DNA of 64,000 nt from Hypanus sabinus (Eukaryota): assembly GCF_030144855.1 (NCBI RefSeq), contig NC_082725.1, positions 17,732,001 through 17,796,000 on the forward strand. The letters are read 5' to 3'. How positions within the stretch are numbered: the first letter of the stretch is position 1; each line of letters begins with the position of its first letter. The translations under genes and the position numbers were made by a program. Below the pieces are notes generated by a model that saw only the letters and a program-made list of their open reading frames with translations, was not told where the DNA came from and searched no databases. Shown piece after piece: positions 26,101 through 39,540 of this stretch.

Positions 26101-27312
26101 CAGCCACATCATGGTACTCATATGGAGTCGATAAGGAGGAATCGAATGGACTTGCATTGCTCTCCGATGCCCTGTACTCACTCTGAGAATCCCAAGGGAC
26201 ATGCATCAATGGTTGTGATGCGAAAAAGATGAGAGCTAGGCTTCATAGGGACTCCAAGCTGCACACACACACGGAGTCTGGTCCAGAAAGTTCTTCGCTG
26301 CCCCAGATTCCACCAGAGCCTCCTGTGTGCATAGAGCCACCGGGATGTGGAGGAGAGCGGAGAAAGTGAGACAGATCATGGTGCTGGCACAAGAGGCTGA
26401 GCGGGAGCTCACCAGGTAAAAGGACCCTCATCTCTAATTGATGTTGTCATTTTCCCAGATGCAGAGGGCATTGAATGTGTGGGTGATCAGTAACTCGGTA
26501 GTAAGTGGACAGGTTGTTTCTGTTATGCTGTTGGGGGATTAAAGGAACTCCCTCTAATTGCCTGGGTTCAGGAGGCACTGAAAATGAGGAAATTGCAGCC
26601 CTGAAGTGGTTCTGGGAATGGAGTGAGGGTTCTGGTTGTTGACCTGGAGGACCATGCCTTAAGACAATTGTCAATTCAGAGCACCAGAGTGAGTGATGAG
26701 GCTTGAGGTTGGTGGGCAACTCCCAGTTAGACAGTTCATCTAACAAGCGCTCTGAGTAATGGTAAAGGGTCAGCAGTGCCTCCATGTTCAAGCCATTCTC
26801 TGCCACAAGGGTCTTGAATTCCACTGAGTAATTCAGCACCGACCATGAGCCTTGAAGCAGGCAAAGTAGCTGATCCACTGACTTTCCTCCACTTCCCAGA
26901 GAATTGATAACCCAGCACACCTCAACGGTACTATCTGCATATTTATTGCAATCGGTGGTTTTATTGTCGCAGTTAGCAACAACCAAGATCAGAGCTTGCC
27001 CAGTCAAGAGAGAAATGACAAAGGCAATTTTCGTTCAGTCCGCACTGGAAAAACAGATCAGAAGTCCCGACCAAGGTTCTCAGGCTGATGCATCGACTGT
27101 TCACTCCTTTCCATAGATGCTAACTGGCCTGCTGACTTCCTCCAGCATTTTGTGTGACATTTGGTTGAGGCTGGCTAGCTCGTATAAATGAAGAAGAATT
27201 GTAGATGAGAGCTGGCTTTAAATAGGCTGCAGGTGACGATTTGGAAACAAGTGGCAGATGACTCCTATTAACTGGGTGGAGACTGGGAGGTGCCTGCCTC
27301 TGCAGGCCTGAC
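26100..27312 (-). mobile_element. Ty3/gypsy (Sushi/chromovirus-like) remnant: partial LTR, Gag, protease
   Basis: LLQGSWSVLNYSVEFKTL..EALL (retrotransposon Gag), PEPRQL (PEPMQL), decayed zinc knuckle, ALVESGAAKNFLD (DSGA protease), PYEYHDVAE; TGTCAGG...TATTTAA LTR-like start. Confidence 0.8.
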
Positions 27313-28094
27313 AACCTTTCAGAAAACTAAAACCAATGCATAAGCCAACTCGCAATTGTTCCTTTTAAGACCATAAGGTAAAGTCCATCAGGACCTGGGG
27401 ACCTGACAGTCCACAAATCCAACATTTTGCTTCCTGGTAATTGTAGCATCCCGCGTTTCTCCCTCCCCTCGAATTCCTGATTGCCAGCTGTTTCTATCAT
27501 GTTATCTGTATCTCCCATTGTGAAGACTGATAAAAAGTGACTGTTTTATCTATCTATTATCTCCTTGTTTTTAATTATTAATTTTTCATCATTACTTTTC
27601 AAAGGATCAATGCTCCCTGAGTTAAAATTTTACTTTTATAAATATCTGTCAGAATTCCTATCATCTATTTTTATATTTCTGACCAGTCTTGTCTCCAACT
27701 CCAATTTTGAAGACAAAATTGAGATAGGTACATAATTTAGTTGGAACATTGGAATGAATAAATAGGAAGAGGCCTCCGCTTTGAAATCCTTCTGTCCAAG
27801 GAAGGATGCACCAAGTGTGTTCTGAGTGCAAGGATCTGCCACACGGGGATCATATTCCATTACAAAGTGAGCAGAGGAAAATAGTGGATCCAGGTCACAG
27901 GTCAAGGGAGTGGGGAAACTGAAGAGAGATTTAATTGAGGTGGAGAGAGGATGAGATTGGAGAAGAGGGTTGCTGATGCTGTCAAAGGGGATTGATGGAG
28001 AGCTAAATCATGATGAATAATTGGGGTACAGTCAGGATTGTGCTCAGGTTTGGAGGGGAGCGTGGGGTTTGATGTTTAGATAGAGTGAAGGTGA

Positions 28095-28447
28095 ATGGGG
28101 TGTATAGATAAGATTAATGCAAGTAGGCTTTTTCCACTGAGGTTGGTTGGGTCTACAACCAGAGGTCATGGGTTAAGGGTGAAAGGTGAAAAGTTTAAAG
28201 GAATCATGAGGGGAAGCTTCTTCATTCAGAGGGTTGTGAGAGTGTAGAATTAGCTGCCAGCACAAGTGGTGCATGTGAGTTTGATTTCAACATTTCGGAG
28301 AAGTTTGGATAGGTACATGGATGGTTGGGGTATGGAGGGCCATGGTCCCAGTGCAGGTTGATGGGAGGAGGTGCTTTAATGGTTTTGGCATGGAGTAGAT
28401 AGATGGAAGTCCTGTTTCTGTGCTGTATTTCTCTCTGATGCTATGAC
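28095..28447 (+). mobile_element. CR1 3' fragment
   Basis: Similar to the 3' end of the element at 23105-23480. Confidence 0.8.
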
Positions 28448-29529
28448 TCCATTCTCAACCTCGCCCCTCAACCACACAGAATTCCCCTGGAGACAGCTAA
28501 AGCAGCAGATTGCTTAGTCAGCCCAAAAGCACAATATCAAAATGTAAATTACAGGCTCCAATCGCATGCAGATTAATAGTTGAAGTGTATTTAAAAGAAG
28601 GAGAGGAAGAATATCACCAAAATCGATTCAATCAACAACACACACAAAACGCTGGTAGAACACAGCAGGTTAGGCCGCATCTGTAGGGAGAAGCGCTGTT
28701 GACGTTTCGGTTCAATGGTCATTCTTGCAATTCTACATGGGATCTACTTCAAATGCAAGCCTAGAGGAGAAGAAGCAACTTGTATATATTACTGAAGGGT
28801 AATAAATATTTCCAAAATACTGTATTCTTGTTTCCTGTTGCAGTACCTGTATGGTTACATTGAGTGTTTTTTAAATTATTAGTGGGGGGCTAACATGGTT
28901 CATTTTGCACTATCTATATAAGAAACTTATTAATGAAATAAAATTCAAACAAATTCAGAGTTTATTGGCTTCCCAGCAATTTCATGAAAGAGTACAACAT
29001 TAAATATTGCCACCAACTTCTATCCATTACTTCGTGGATTAAAGGGATGTTCAATTATTAAGGGTCCCTCTATGGTCAACCAGTGTAGAGAGAACATTGT
29101 GTGAAATAGTCTAAATTTCACAAAATCACCAAATGAACATTTTACGTTCACCTGAGTTATACAAGGGAGAAAAGAATAAATGCTGTAATCTATACAGGAC
29201 AGCCACTGTAATCTGAAAAATGAGTCTCTGAATTTCAATTACTTCAAACATGCTCAGCAATTTTGAGTTGTATACCTGACCATGTAATAATAAAACTCAA
29301 ACTGTATAGGATAATGTCACTATACGATACTGTGCAAATGTCTTAGGCGTATATATTTTTGTGCTGCCACAAAAAAATCATGGTAAATGTGAGTGAGTAA
29401 TCATAAATCTGTTTCTGACACAGGTCTCTGTTGTGGACAGAGAGTGGGAAAAGAGCTGGGAGGGGAGAAGGTTGGGAAAAGGGGAATGGAGAGAGGAGGG
29501 AATGGGAAGCACCAGAAAGACATTTTGTC

Positions 29530-30575
29530 ATAAGACATAGGAGCAGAATTAGGACATTTGACCCATCAAGTCTACTCTGCCATTGAATAATCATGGTTGA
29601 ACTTTTTTCCCTCTTCCCAACCTTCTCCCCATAACTTCTGATGCCATGTCCAATCAAGAACCTATCAAACTCTGCCTTAAATACACCCAAAGTCCTGGCC
29701 TCCACAACTGCCAGTGGTAACAAATTCTACAAATTTACCACCTTCTGGTTAAAGAAATTTCTCTGTACCTCTGTTTCAAATAGATGTCCCTTTATCCTGA
29801 GGCTCTTCTCCTAGACTCCCCACCACGGGAAACATCCTTTCCACGTCTACTCTGTCTAGGCCTTTCAAATTTCAAAAGGTTTCAATGAGAGCCCCCTTCA
29901 TCCTTCTAAATTCCAGCGGGTACAGACCCAGACCTAACAAACGTTCCTCATATGATAACCCTTTCATTCCTGCAATCATCCTTGTGAATCTCCTCTGAAT
30001 CCTCTCCAATGCCAGCACATCTTTTCATAGATGAGGAGCCCAAAACTGTTCACAATGCTCAAATTGGGGCTCCACTTGTGCCTCAAAAAGCCTCAGCATC
30101 ACTTCCCTGCTTGTGTGGTCTAGACCTCTTGAAATGAATGCTAACATTGCATTTGCCTTCCTCACTGCCAACTCTGCCTGCAAGTTAACCTTTAGGCTGT
30201 TCTGCTCAAGGACTTAAGTCCCTTTGCATCACAGATTTTTGGATTTCCTGCCCATATAGGACATAGACTGCACATTTATTTCTACTACCAAATTGCATGA
30301 CAGTGCATTTTCCAATACAGTATTTTCAATTGCCACATTCTTGCCTACTCTCCTAATCTGTCTAAGTCCTTCTGCAGCCTACCTGGTTCCTCAACACTAC
30401 CTGTCCCTCCATAAATCTCCATTTCATCAGAAAAATTGGCAACAAAGCCATCTATTCCATCATCTAAATCATTGATATACAGCATTAAAAGAAGACGTCT
30501 GAACACCAGCCCCTGCACAACACAACTGGTCTCTGGCAGCCGGCCAGAAAAGGATTCTTTTATTCCCACTCCTCA
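29530..30575 (-). mobile_element. CR1 3' fragment inserted into a composite MITE
   Basis: LYINDLDDGIDGFVANFSDE..LQKDLDRLGE; TCAT repeated at both junctions. Confidence 0.85.
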
Positions 30576-31189
30576 TGATCAATAAACCAGTTGTTTAGAA
30601 TCAAATGCCCTTGCCTGGTGTCTCAGAGTTGGGTGTGTCTGCACCCACGCTACCACTGCCCCAGATAATTCTTTTTGTGACCTGTTCCACGCCACTTCCG
30701 CTCTCAGCATTCCCAACATCTTTGTTTCCGCCAGATTTACAAACTTGCTCTCTGTTTCACGTTGACAAGTACATTTCTGTGCAAAAGTCTTAGGCATCCT
30801 AGCTCCATATATATATGTGCCTAATACTTTTTTCACAATACTTCAGTTACATCATTTTTTCTAATTGTGATTCAATAGTGTTCAACATTGATTTTTATTT
30901 ATTTCTGTTTTATGCTTTATTTCATCAGTCATGTCATTTAATATTATTCAGCCTTCTGCCATGGAGAACTGGTTATTTCAACACATTCAACTGCTCCAAT
31001 TTAAACACAAATTTTTAAGTGTCTCTCCAGCTTCTGTTCTTTGCCCAAGGAAATTACTGTGTCCATTTGGGATCACATTAAAGATTGTTCATATTTGTTT
31101 TTCAATCAGTCAATTATCTTCAACAAGACAAATGTCCTTACATTTTAGTTACACTGTGTTCTTTCTGCAAAATAGACACCCATCCATGC

Positions 31190-31893
31190 TGCACACACAA
31201 AATGCAGCAGGCCAGGCAGCATCTGTAGGAAGAAGTACAGTCGACTTTTGTGTCGAGACCCTTCGTCAGAACTAACGGAAAAAAGAGATAGTAAGAGATT
31301 TGAAAGTGGGAGGGGGATGGGGGAGACCCAAAATGATAGGAGAAGACAGGAGGGAGAGGGATGAAGCTAAGAACTGGGAAGTTGATTGGCAAAAGGGATA
31401 CAAGGCTAGAGAAGGGGGGAGTATCATGGGACGGAAGGCCTTAGAAGAAAGAAAGGGGGAGGGGGCACCAGGGGAAAATGGAGAACAGGCAAGGNNNNNN
31501 NNNNNNNNNNNNNNNNNNNNNNNNNNNNNNNNNNNNNNNNNNNNNNNNNNNNNNNNNNNNNNNNNNNNNNNNNNNNNNNNNNNNNNNNNNNNNNNNNNNN
31601 NNNNNNNNNNNNNNNNNNNNNNNNNNNNNNNNNATATATAAATAGGGCTTTGATAAGAAGGGGAGGAGGGGTATTAATGGAATTTAGAGAAATCAATGTT
31701 CATGCCATCAGGTTGGAGTCTACCCGGACGGCATATAAGGTGTTGTTCCTCCAACCTGAGTGTGGCTTCATCTCGACAGTACAGGAGGCCATGGATTGAC
31801 ATATCGGAATGGGAATAGGATATGGAATTAAAATGTATGGCCACTGAGAGATCCTGCTTCCTCTGGTGGACAGAGCATAGGTGTTCAGCAAAA
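31190..31893 (-). mobile_element. Penelope-like element 3' part (GIY-YIG C-terminus and terminal repeat), spanning the assembly gap
   Basis: FAEHLCSV..VAIHFNS..HSDMSIHGLL..LEEQHLI..LQPDGMNIDFS. Confidence 0.85.
31495..31633. other. Assembly gap (139 N)
   Basis: Run of N inside the purine-rich Penelope UTR. Confidence 0.99.
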
Positions 31894-33411
31894 CCCATCC
31901 ATGCTACTATGGGGGATATAGATTTTGTATAGCTCAACCTTAAAATGTCAGGACGTCCTATTACACTTAACATTCAAATAAATACTCTTAACCATTGTAG
32001 GGAATACAAAGGTAAATTTGCACACAGTAATGTCTCAAATACAAAACAATGGAAAATATCGACTGTTTAATCTCTTTTGGTGATATTGATTGTGGGTTTG
32101 AAAGTTAGCGAGGGAACCAGAGTTAAGCTGCAACAAAAATGCACGTGGGGCAACTCAGCTGATTGTTTTATCTAAAATGTGTGCTTTTTGTTATTGCAAC
32201 AGACCCATATTAATGCACTGGAATGTCCACCACATGCTTTTGAAATGGGATGGAATCTAGTCACACTAAAATTATAACCCTTTTCTTTTCTTCATATCAC
32301 TCAGTTTGAGTGCACTGACAAACTCCTGCATCATGTTAAGCTCTTTGCTGTTCCAATTGTATTGAAAAGATAAAATCGCAGTTTTACCTGAAGCATCTGA
32401 CATTCTTAGCATGCTGTTTTTGGTATAAATCGAGATTAAAGTGAGCATGTTGATGTGTTGCTCCAATTTACACTCTTTACTCTAATATTAAAATGTTTAC
32501 ACAATGCTTTAACAATAAAGTGCATGAGCCTGGTCCATCTCCAGTTCATGGAAACTGACACTGAGAATCTGTTGCAGATGATGATTTTCACAAAACTACT
32601 TTCTCTTCTCCTTCTTCTTTTAAATGTACTGCAAATTGAACTAAACTGAACGGAACTGAACAGTCCTATGCTGTTTCAAGGACTCTGTGGTTTGATGTTT
32701 AATATTCTGGGTGTTATTTGCCATTTGTGGAATTTCGGTTTTTTTGCATGTTGTGTGTTTGATGTTTACTTGAATGGGTTCCATGATGTTTCTTTGTTTT
32801 GTGGCTATCTGTGGGAAGGAGAATCTCAGGGTTGTATACTGCACACGTACCCGGATAACAAATGTACATTGAATCTTTGAATCTTTTAAAACATTTTGGT
32901 TAAAATTATATTCCTTGCCTCTGTTCTCCTGTGGGCACCCCACACTGCACCTGATCATGACCACCAACACCTTCACTCCATCTGAACATCAAACCCTGCA
33001 TACCCGTCCAATCCTGAGCACGATCCTGACTCAACCCCAGTTGCTGATCATGACTCACCTCTCCACTAATCCCCTCTGACAGTATCAGCAGCCCTCTTCT
33101 CCAACGTCGCAATCCCTTCTTTGCAAATCAAACCCTCATCTGATCGCCCACTCCCAGGACCTGTGACTTGAATCCATTTATTTTCCTCTGCTCACTTTGG
33201 AATGGAATATGATCCCCGTGTGGCAGATCCTTGCACTCAGAACACACATAGTGCATCTTTCCTTAGACAGAAGGACTTTAAAGCTGATGCCACTTCATAA
33301 TTAAACATTCCAATGTTCCAAACCAAATTATGTACATATCTCAATTTTGTCTTAAGATTGGAGTTGTAAACAAGGCTGACCAGAAATGTAAAAATAGATA
33401 ATAGGAATTCT

Positions 33412-33736
33412 CAGGCTTTCAGCCAGGTGCAATTTTCAATCTTAACGCACATTTCGATGACAAATTCTGCCATCTTCATCAGGGATGATGCCTGGGCATG
33501 GCTAGTCAATTTATTGTTTGTCCCACCTAATTGGATAAGGACTATCCAATGAGGAGAGATGGACGCCGGGGATATAAATACCACCAGAATAGATATGCCC
33601 AGGCATTATCCAAAATGAAGATGGCAGAGTTTGTTACTGAAGCATCGATTAAAATCATACCTGTACCTGGCTGGAAGCCTGATAACCATTTGTTCATCAT
33701 ATACACTGGGAAAGCACTAGATCCTTTTTCAATATC
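33412..33736. mobile_element. Palindromic Penelope-like mini-element with hammerhead motifs in inverted arms; AATTCT TSD
   Basis: TCAGGCTTTCAGCCAGGT / ACCTGGCTGGAAGCCTGA arms; minus strand CTGATGA-A-GATGGCA-GAATT-TGTCATC-GAAA at 33452-33482. Confidence 0.7.
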
Positions 33737-34279
33737 AATTCTGACAGATATTTACAAAAGTAAAACTTTACGCCAGTGAGCATTGATGCTATGGAAAGTA
33801 ATGCTGAAGAACTAATAATTAAATATGTAGATCACAAGGCAGAAACAGTTGTCAATCAGGAACTAGAGGGGAGGGAGGAACTTGGGATATTACAACCACC
33901 AGGAAGTAGTTCTGAGCAAATTGTACAATTTGTGGACTGACACGTTCCCAGTGCCTGATGGACTTTACCTTAAGGTCTTAAAAGGAACAAGTTGTGAGTT
34001 CGTTTATGCATTGGCTTTAGTTTTCCAAAATTTTTCAGAAATACCAAATGTGTTTCTTTATTCAAAAAGTGATGAAGATAGAAAGCTGGAGACTACAGCT
34101 CATGCAGGGATTCAACTTGAAATGTTGACAGTTCCTTTTCTCCCACAGCTGCTGCTCTGTCCATTGAGTTCCTGCAGCAGATTGTTTGTTAATCTTACAT
34201 TGAAAAACTAAATGAACTAGGTTTGTATCTGCTGGAGATTAGGAGAGTAAACAGATTTGATTGAAGCATGTAAGATCCT

Positions 34280-36912
34280 GATTGGCTGAGCCCAATAGGG
34301 AAAAGGCAATTTTGGATTGGTGTTGTTTAATGAACCAGATTTGATTAGGGAGCTTAAGGTAAAGGAACCTTTGGGAGGCAGTGATCATAATATGATAGAA
34401 TTCACCCCTCAATTTGAGTGGGAGAAGATAAAACCAGATGTATCAGTATTATAGTACAACAAAGGGAATTCCAGAGGCATGAGAGAGGAGCTGACCAAAG
34501 TTAATCAGTAGAAACACTAGCAGGGATGACAGGCAAGAAGAACAATGGCAGGAGTTCCTGGGGAAAAATTAGAAGATGCAGGATAGATACATCCCAAAGA
34601 TGAAAAGATATTTTAAAGGTGGGATGAGGCAACCATGACTGACAAGGGAAGTGAAAGACAACATAAAAGGAAAAGAGAGGGCATATAATACAGCAAAAAC
34701 TAGTGGTAGTTTAGAGGATTGGTAGAAGATTGGGAAGTTTTATAAGCCATCATACGGCAATTAAAAGCCATAGGGAGAAAAAAGATGAAATATGAAAAGG
34801 GAAGCAAGTAAAAAAATAAGATGATACCAGAAGTTTTTCAGATATATAAAGAGTAAAAGAGAGGCAAGAGTGGATATCAGACTACAGGAAAATGACACTG
34901 GAGAGGTAGTAATGGGGGACAATGAAATGGTGGACAAACTGAATAAGCATTTTGCATTAGTCTTCACTGTGGAAGACACTAGCAGTATGCTAGAAATTCA
35001 AGAGTGTCAGGGGGCACAATTGATTGAAGTAGTTATTACTAAGGAGAATGTGCTTGGGAAGCTGAAAGATTGGAAGGTTGATAGGTCACCTGGACCAGAT
35101 GAACTACATCCCCAGGTTCTAAAAGAAGTATCTGAAGGCATAACTAATGATCCTTCAAGAATCACTAGATTCTGGAATGGTTCTGGAGAACAGGGAAGAT
35201 GCAGACATCATTCCACTCTTTAAGAAGGGAAGGGGGCAGAAGAAAAGAAATTATAGGCCAGTTAGCCTAACTTCATTGGTTGAGAAGATGTTGGAGTCCA
35301 TTACTGGGGATGAGGTTTGGGGGTACTTGGAGGCACATGGTACTTGGAGTAAGTATGGTTTCCTTTAGGCAAAACTTGCCTGACAAACCAGTTGGACTTC
35401 TTTGAAGAAATAACAAACAGGATAGATGAAGGAAAATCAGTGGATGTTGCTACTTGGATTTTCAGAAGGCCTTTGACAAGGTTCCACACCTGAGCTGCTT
35501 AACAAAATAAGACTCCATTGTATTACAAGAAAGATACTATCAGAATCAGGTTTATTATCACCAGCATGGGATGTGAAATTTGTTAACAGCAGCAGTTCAA
35601 TGCAATGCATAACATAGAAGAGAAAAAAATAATAAATAAACTAAAAATAATAATAAATAAGTAAATCAATTACAGTATATGTATATTGAATAGATTAAAA
35701 ATGTGCAAAAACCAGAAATACTGTATATTAAAAAAAGTCAGGTAGTGTCCAAGGGTTCAATGTCCATTTAGGAATCAGATGGCAGAGGGGAAGAAGCTGT
35801 TCCTGAATCATTGAGTGTGTGCCCTTGGGCTTCTATACCTCCTGCCTGATGGTAACAGTGAGAAAAGAGCATGCCCTGGGTACTGGAGGTCCTTAATAAT
35901 GAACGCTGCCGTTCTGAGACACCGCTCCCTGAAGATGTCCTGGGTACTTTGTAGGCTAGTGCCCAAGATGGAGCTGACTACATTTCCAACCCTCTGCAGC
36001 TTCTTTTGGTCCTTTGCAGTAGCCTCTTCCCCCATACCAGACAGTGATGCAGCCTGTCAGAATGCTCTCCACGGTACAACTATAGAAGTTTTTGAGTGTA
36101 TTTGTTGACATGCCAAATCACTTCAAACTCCTAGTGAAGTATAGCCGCTGTCTTCCCTTCTTTATAACTACATCAATATGTTGGGACCAGGTTAGATCCT
36201 CAGAGATCTTGACACCCTGGAACTAGCATGCATAGAAGATTGGCTGACTGGCCCAAGGCAAAGGGTGGGAATAAAGGGGGCCTTTTCTGGCTGGCTGCCG
36301 GTGACTAGTGGTGTTCCGCAGTGGTCGGTATTGGGACCACTTCTTTTCACATTATATGTCAATGATTCAGATGATGAGATTGGAGGAAACAGGGAGACTA
36401 GAAAGGGACTTATGCAGATCGGGAGAAGAGGCAAAGAAGTGACAGATGGGATATAATGTACAGAAGTATATAACCATGCACTTTGGTATAAGAAATAAAG
36501 GCATAGACTATTTTAGGGAGAAAATTCAAATATCAGACATGCAAAGGGACTTGGGAGTCTTTGTGCAGGATTCCCTAAAAGCTAACCTGCAGGCTAAGTT
36601 GCTGGTAAGGAAGGCAAATGCATTATTTGCATTCATTTCAAGAGGTCTAGAATATAAAAGCAAGGATATAATGCTGAGGCTTTATGTAGAACAGAGGTGA
36701 GGAGGAATTTCTCTAGCTAGAGGGTAGTGAATCTGTGGAGTTCATTGCCACGGATGGCTATGGGGGCCAAATCATTGAGTATATTAAAGCAGAGATTGAT
36801 ATGTTCCTGATTAGTCAGGGTGTCAAAGGTTATAGGGAGAAGGCAGGAGAATGGGATTGAGAGAGATAATAAATCAGCCAGAGTGGAATAGCGGTGGCCA
36901 AATGGTCCGATT
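34280..36912 (+). mobile_element. Degenerate CR1 ORF2 fragment interrupted by a Rex-type LINE
   Basis: RSPGPDELHP, NYRPVSLTS, TSGVPQWSVLGP; AAGATACTA|GCATG junction split by the 35540-36220 insert. Confidence 0.85.
35540..36220 (-). mobile_element. Rex1/Babar-type LINE 3' fragment nested in CR1
   Basis: KKLQRV...PGHALFSLLPSGRRYRS; AATAAACCTGATTCTGA tail. Confidence 0.85.
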
Positions 36913-37859
36913 CTGCGTCTATGTCTTATGGTCTAACAGTCACTTATAAGGAGGATGCATGGCCTTCCATTTGGTCTTAATAAAGTGCAATAAAACAGAA
37001 TAACAAATTCTCTCACTGAATGAGCATGTAATGTATTTAGTGCATCTGAGCTGAGGCACCATCATTTATCCGACTGTTTTCGGAAAAAAAGGACATGAAA
37101 GATTCTACAAATGCCGAAAAAACTGGGATCAATGGAACTTCAGTGCAACAGTGCAATCCGCAGATTATATTTTCTAAAACAGGAGAGGCAAAAGCAAAGA
37201 AACAAAAGAACATCTGCAGATGCTGGAAATCCAAACAACACACACAAAATGCTGGAGGAACCCAGCAGGCCAGGCAGCATCTATGAAAAAATCTGTAGAA
37301 ACCCTTCGGCAAGACTCAGAAAAACTCCTTGGCAGGAAAAGAAAACCAGGAACATTTATTTCAGGCAAAAACAATCCTTTTGCTGTTTGGAACTGCAGCC
37401 ACGACTGCCAATCTCCGATCAGTAAACACTCTCACCGTTTCCTTCATCCTGTGCCAAATGCAAAGTATGTGGTTAATGGTTAAATAGGTATTTCGGAACA
37501 CGTTGCTGAAACCGGGAAGCGATAGGGCGTGGGATCATCTATGTGTAGGTGGTGTAAATGGTTCTCTGTAATGAGGAGTGCATAGCAATTGACGATAGTA
37601 ATGACAGATTTTCAATCAAGAGGTATGAAGAACTGTAATTACTGGCTGGCAAGCTGGAGGCAGTGCCCAGGTGTAACACAAGCTGGGCAAGTAGAGTCAG
37701 AGAGTGAGAAAAGCATCCAGACTCTCAATTGCAGTGTGAGAAACAGTTTGACTGTACTGTTCCATGCCCTAGAGAAAAACAGTACGGTTAAGAAAACCTC
37801 AAACACAATGTTTCTGCTACAGATTTATTCTATCCAGAGAAATAATTTCAATGTGTCAG

Positions 37860-38385
37860 AGAACACTACAGCACAGGAACAGCCCTTTGGCCCATCCAGC
37901 TGCTGTTCTGCCTAACCCCGTTGATGCACATCTGGACCATTACCTTCCATTCTCCTGCATCCATGTGCTTATCCAAACTTCTCTTAAATGTTGCAATCGA
38001 ATTCACATCCACTTCTTCGACTAGTAGCTTGATCCACACTCACACCACCCTTTCAGTGAATAAGCTCCCCCTCAGCTTCCCTTTCAATTTGACCTCAGCT
38101 TCTAGTCTCACCCAATCTCAGTTGGAAAAATCCTGCTTGCACTTATCCATCTATAATCCCCATAATGTTGTTTTTTAACCATATAACCGTATAACAATTA
38201 CGGCACGGAAACAGGCCATCTTGGCCATTCTAGTCCATGCCGAACGCTTACTCTCACCTAATCCCACTGACCCACACTCAGCCCATAACCCTCCGTTCCT
38301 TTCCTGTCCATATACCTATCCAATTTTGCTTTAAATGACAATACCGAACCTGCCTCTACCACTTCTACTGGAAGCTCATTCCATT
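37860..38385 (-). mobile_element. Two adjacent CR1 3' fragments
   Basis: 38177-38385 matches 5118-5315 including the (CCATATAA) tail; 37860-38170 is an older CR1 3' end. Confidence 0.75.
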
Positions 38386-38934
38386 TTGTGGAAAATACAT
38401 ATTTTATCTGTGATCATAGTCGTCTAAATATATAAACTACAGATCCTGCAATTCCATATAAAAGTAACTGGACTGAGCAAGTAGAATTTTAATTTGGAGG
38501 AAGAAGAACTAGGCAGATAATTCTGTAAAACAAGGGTTCCCAACCTTTTTTTATAAACCCTGATGTAAAAGTTCAAGCAATAGGATAGGTAATTGTTGCA
38601 TGTCCTGAAAGGTGAGCCATAGGGTCATTGTATGATGTACTGACCTACGTGATGGTCATTATATCTTAGGGGCATTGACCATGGAAGCAGGCCATTCAGT
38701 CTTTCTGGTTCATGCTGACCAGAATGTCCATACAAGCTAGACTCTTTTACCTATGTTTGATCTCATTGACATCTAAAAAGCAACTAAATACTTCGTTATT
38801 CACACTTTTCTGGTAAATAATTGCTCCACAGAATGGACTGTGGCTCCTCTATGGGAGTTAAGTAGAATCACTTGTACGATCAGGCATTTTTGCAGTGTGA
38901 CTGGAGTCTCACTGGGGTAGGACAGTTGCACCAA

Positions 38935-39540
38935 CTCCGAGCTGGAGTTGGAGGCAATTCAATGCGATGGAGCTGAGGCATGGATAGATTCAAGGTTTAA
39001 TCAATTCAAGAGCTGAGTTGAATTGGAAAGGTCAGATAATTCAAAGCGGCAGGGTCAAGGTGAGGAGAAGCGAGGAGAAGATCTGAGGTTTGAATGATTT
39101 AAGAGCCGAGCAGAATTGAAAAGGATGGGTATTGGCCTTATGGAGGCAATGTAGCCTGAGCCCGAGAGTGGAGAACAATCCGAGGTTTGGACGATTTAAG
39201 TGCCAGGCCAGATTGAAATGGTCAGCGTGTTGGGATCAGAGGCGAGAGACGGCCCGGTTCAGCTTGCCGCTCCACAGAGTTTGCTCAACTCTCTGCTGGA
39301 CTGAAACCTTCAGAATCAGCTGCAATGATGCCTAGTGTTATGAACTTCAGTTCTGAATGCTGTTTGCTTGCTTTATTGTTTGCAGAATTTGTATTTTTCT
39401 CTTCTCTGCACTTTGGGTGTTGGACGGTCTTCTTTTGTTTTCAGGAGTTCCATTGGGACTTCTTGTTTCATGGCAGCCTGTAAGGAGACAAATCTCAAGA
39501 CTGTGTAAAGTATACATACTTTGATAACAAATGAACTTTA
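38935..39540 (+). mobile_element. Non-LTR element 3' fragment splitting a CR1 3' end (about 38670-38780 and 39541-39765)
   Basis: Tail ACTTTGATAACAAATGAACTTT shared with repeats at about 11900-12000 and 32800-32885. Confidence 0.5.

Larger units (their letters stand above)
27320..34028. repeat. Inverted segmental duplication: 27320-28093 versus 32968-34028
   Basis: ATGGAATATGATCCCCGTGTGGCAGATCCTTGCACTCAGAACACAC occurs on opposite strands; colinear over about 750 bp. Confidence 0.9.

Noticed and set aside
27320-34028. Inverted duplication as a mis-assembly around the N gap
   Set aside because: The arms differ by many substitutions, indels and a TE insertion, so they are old paralogues
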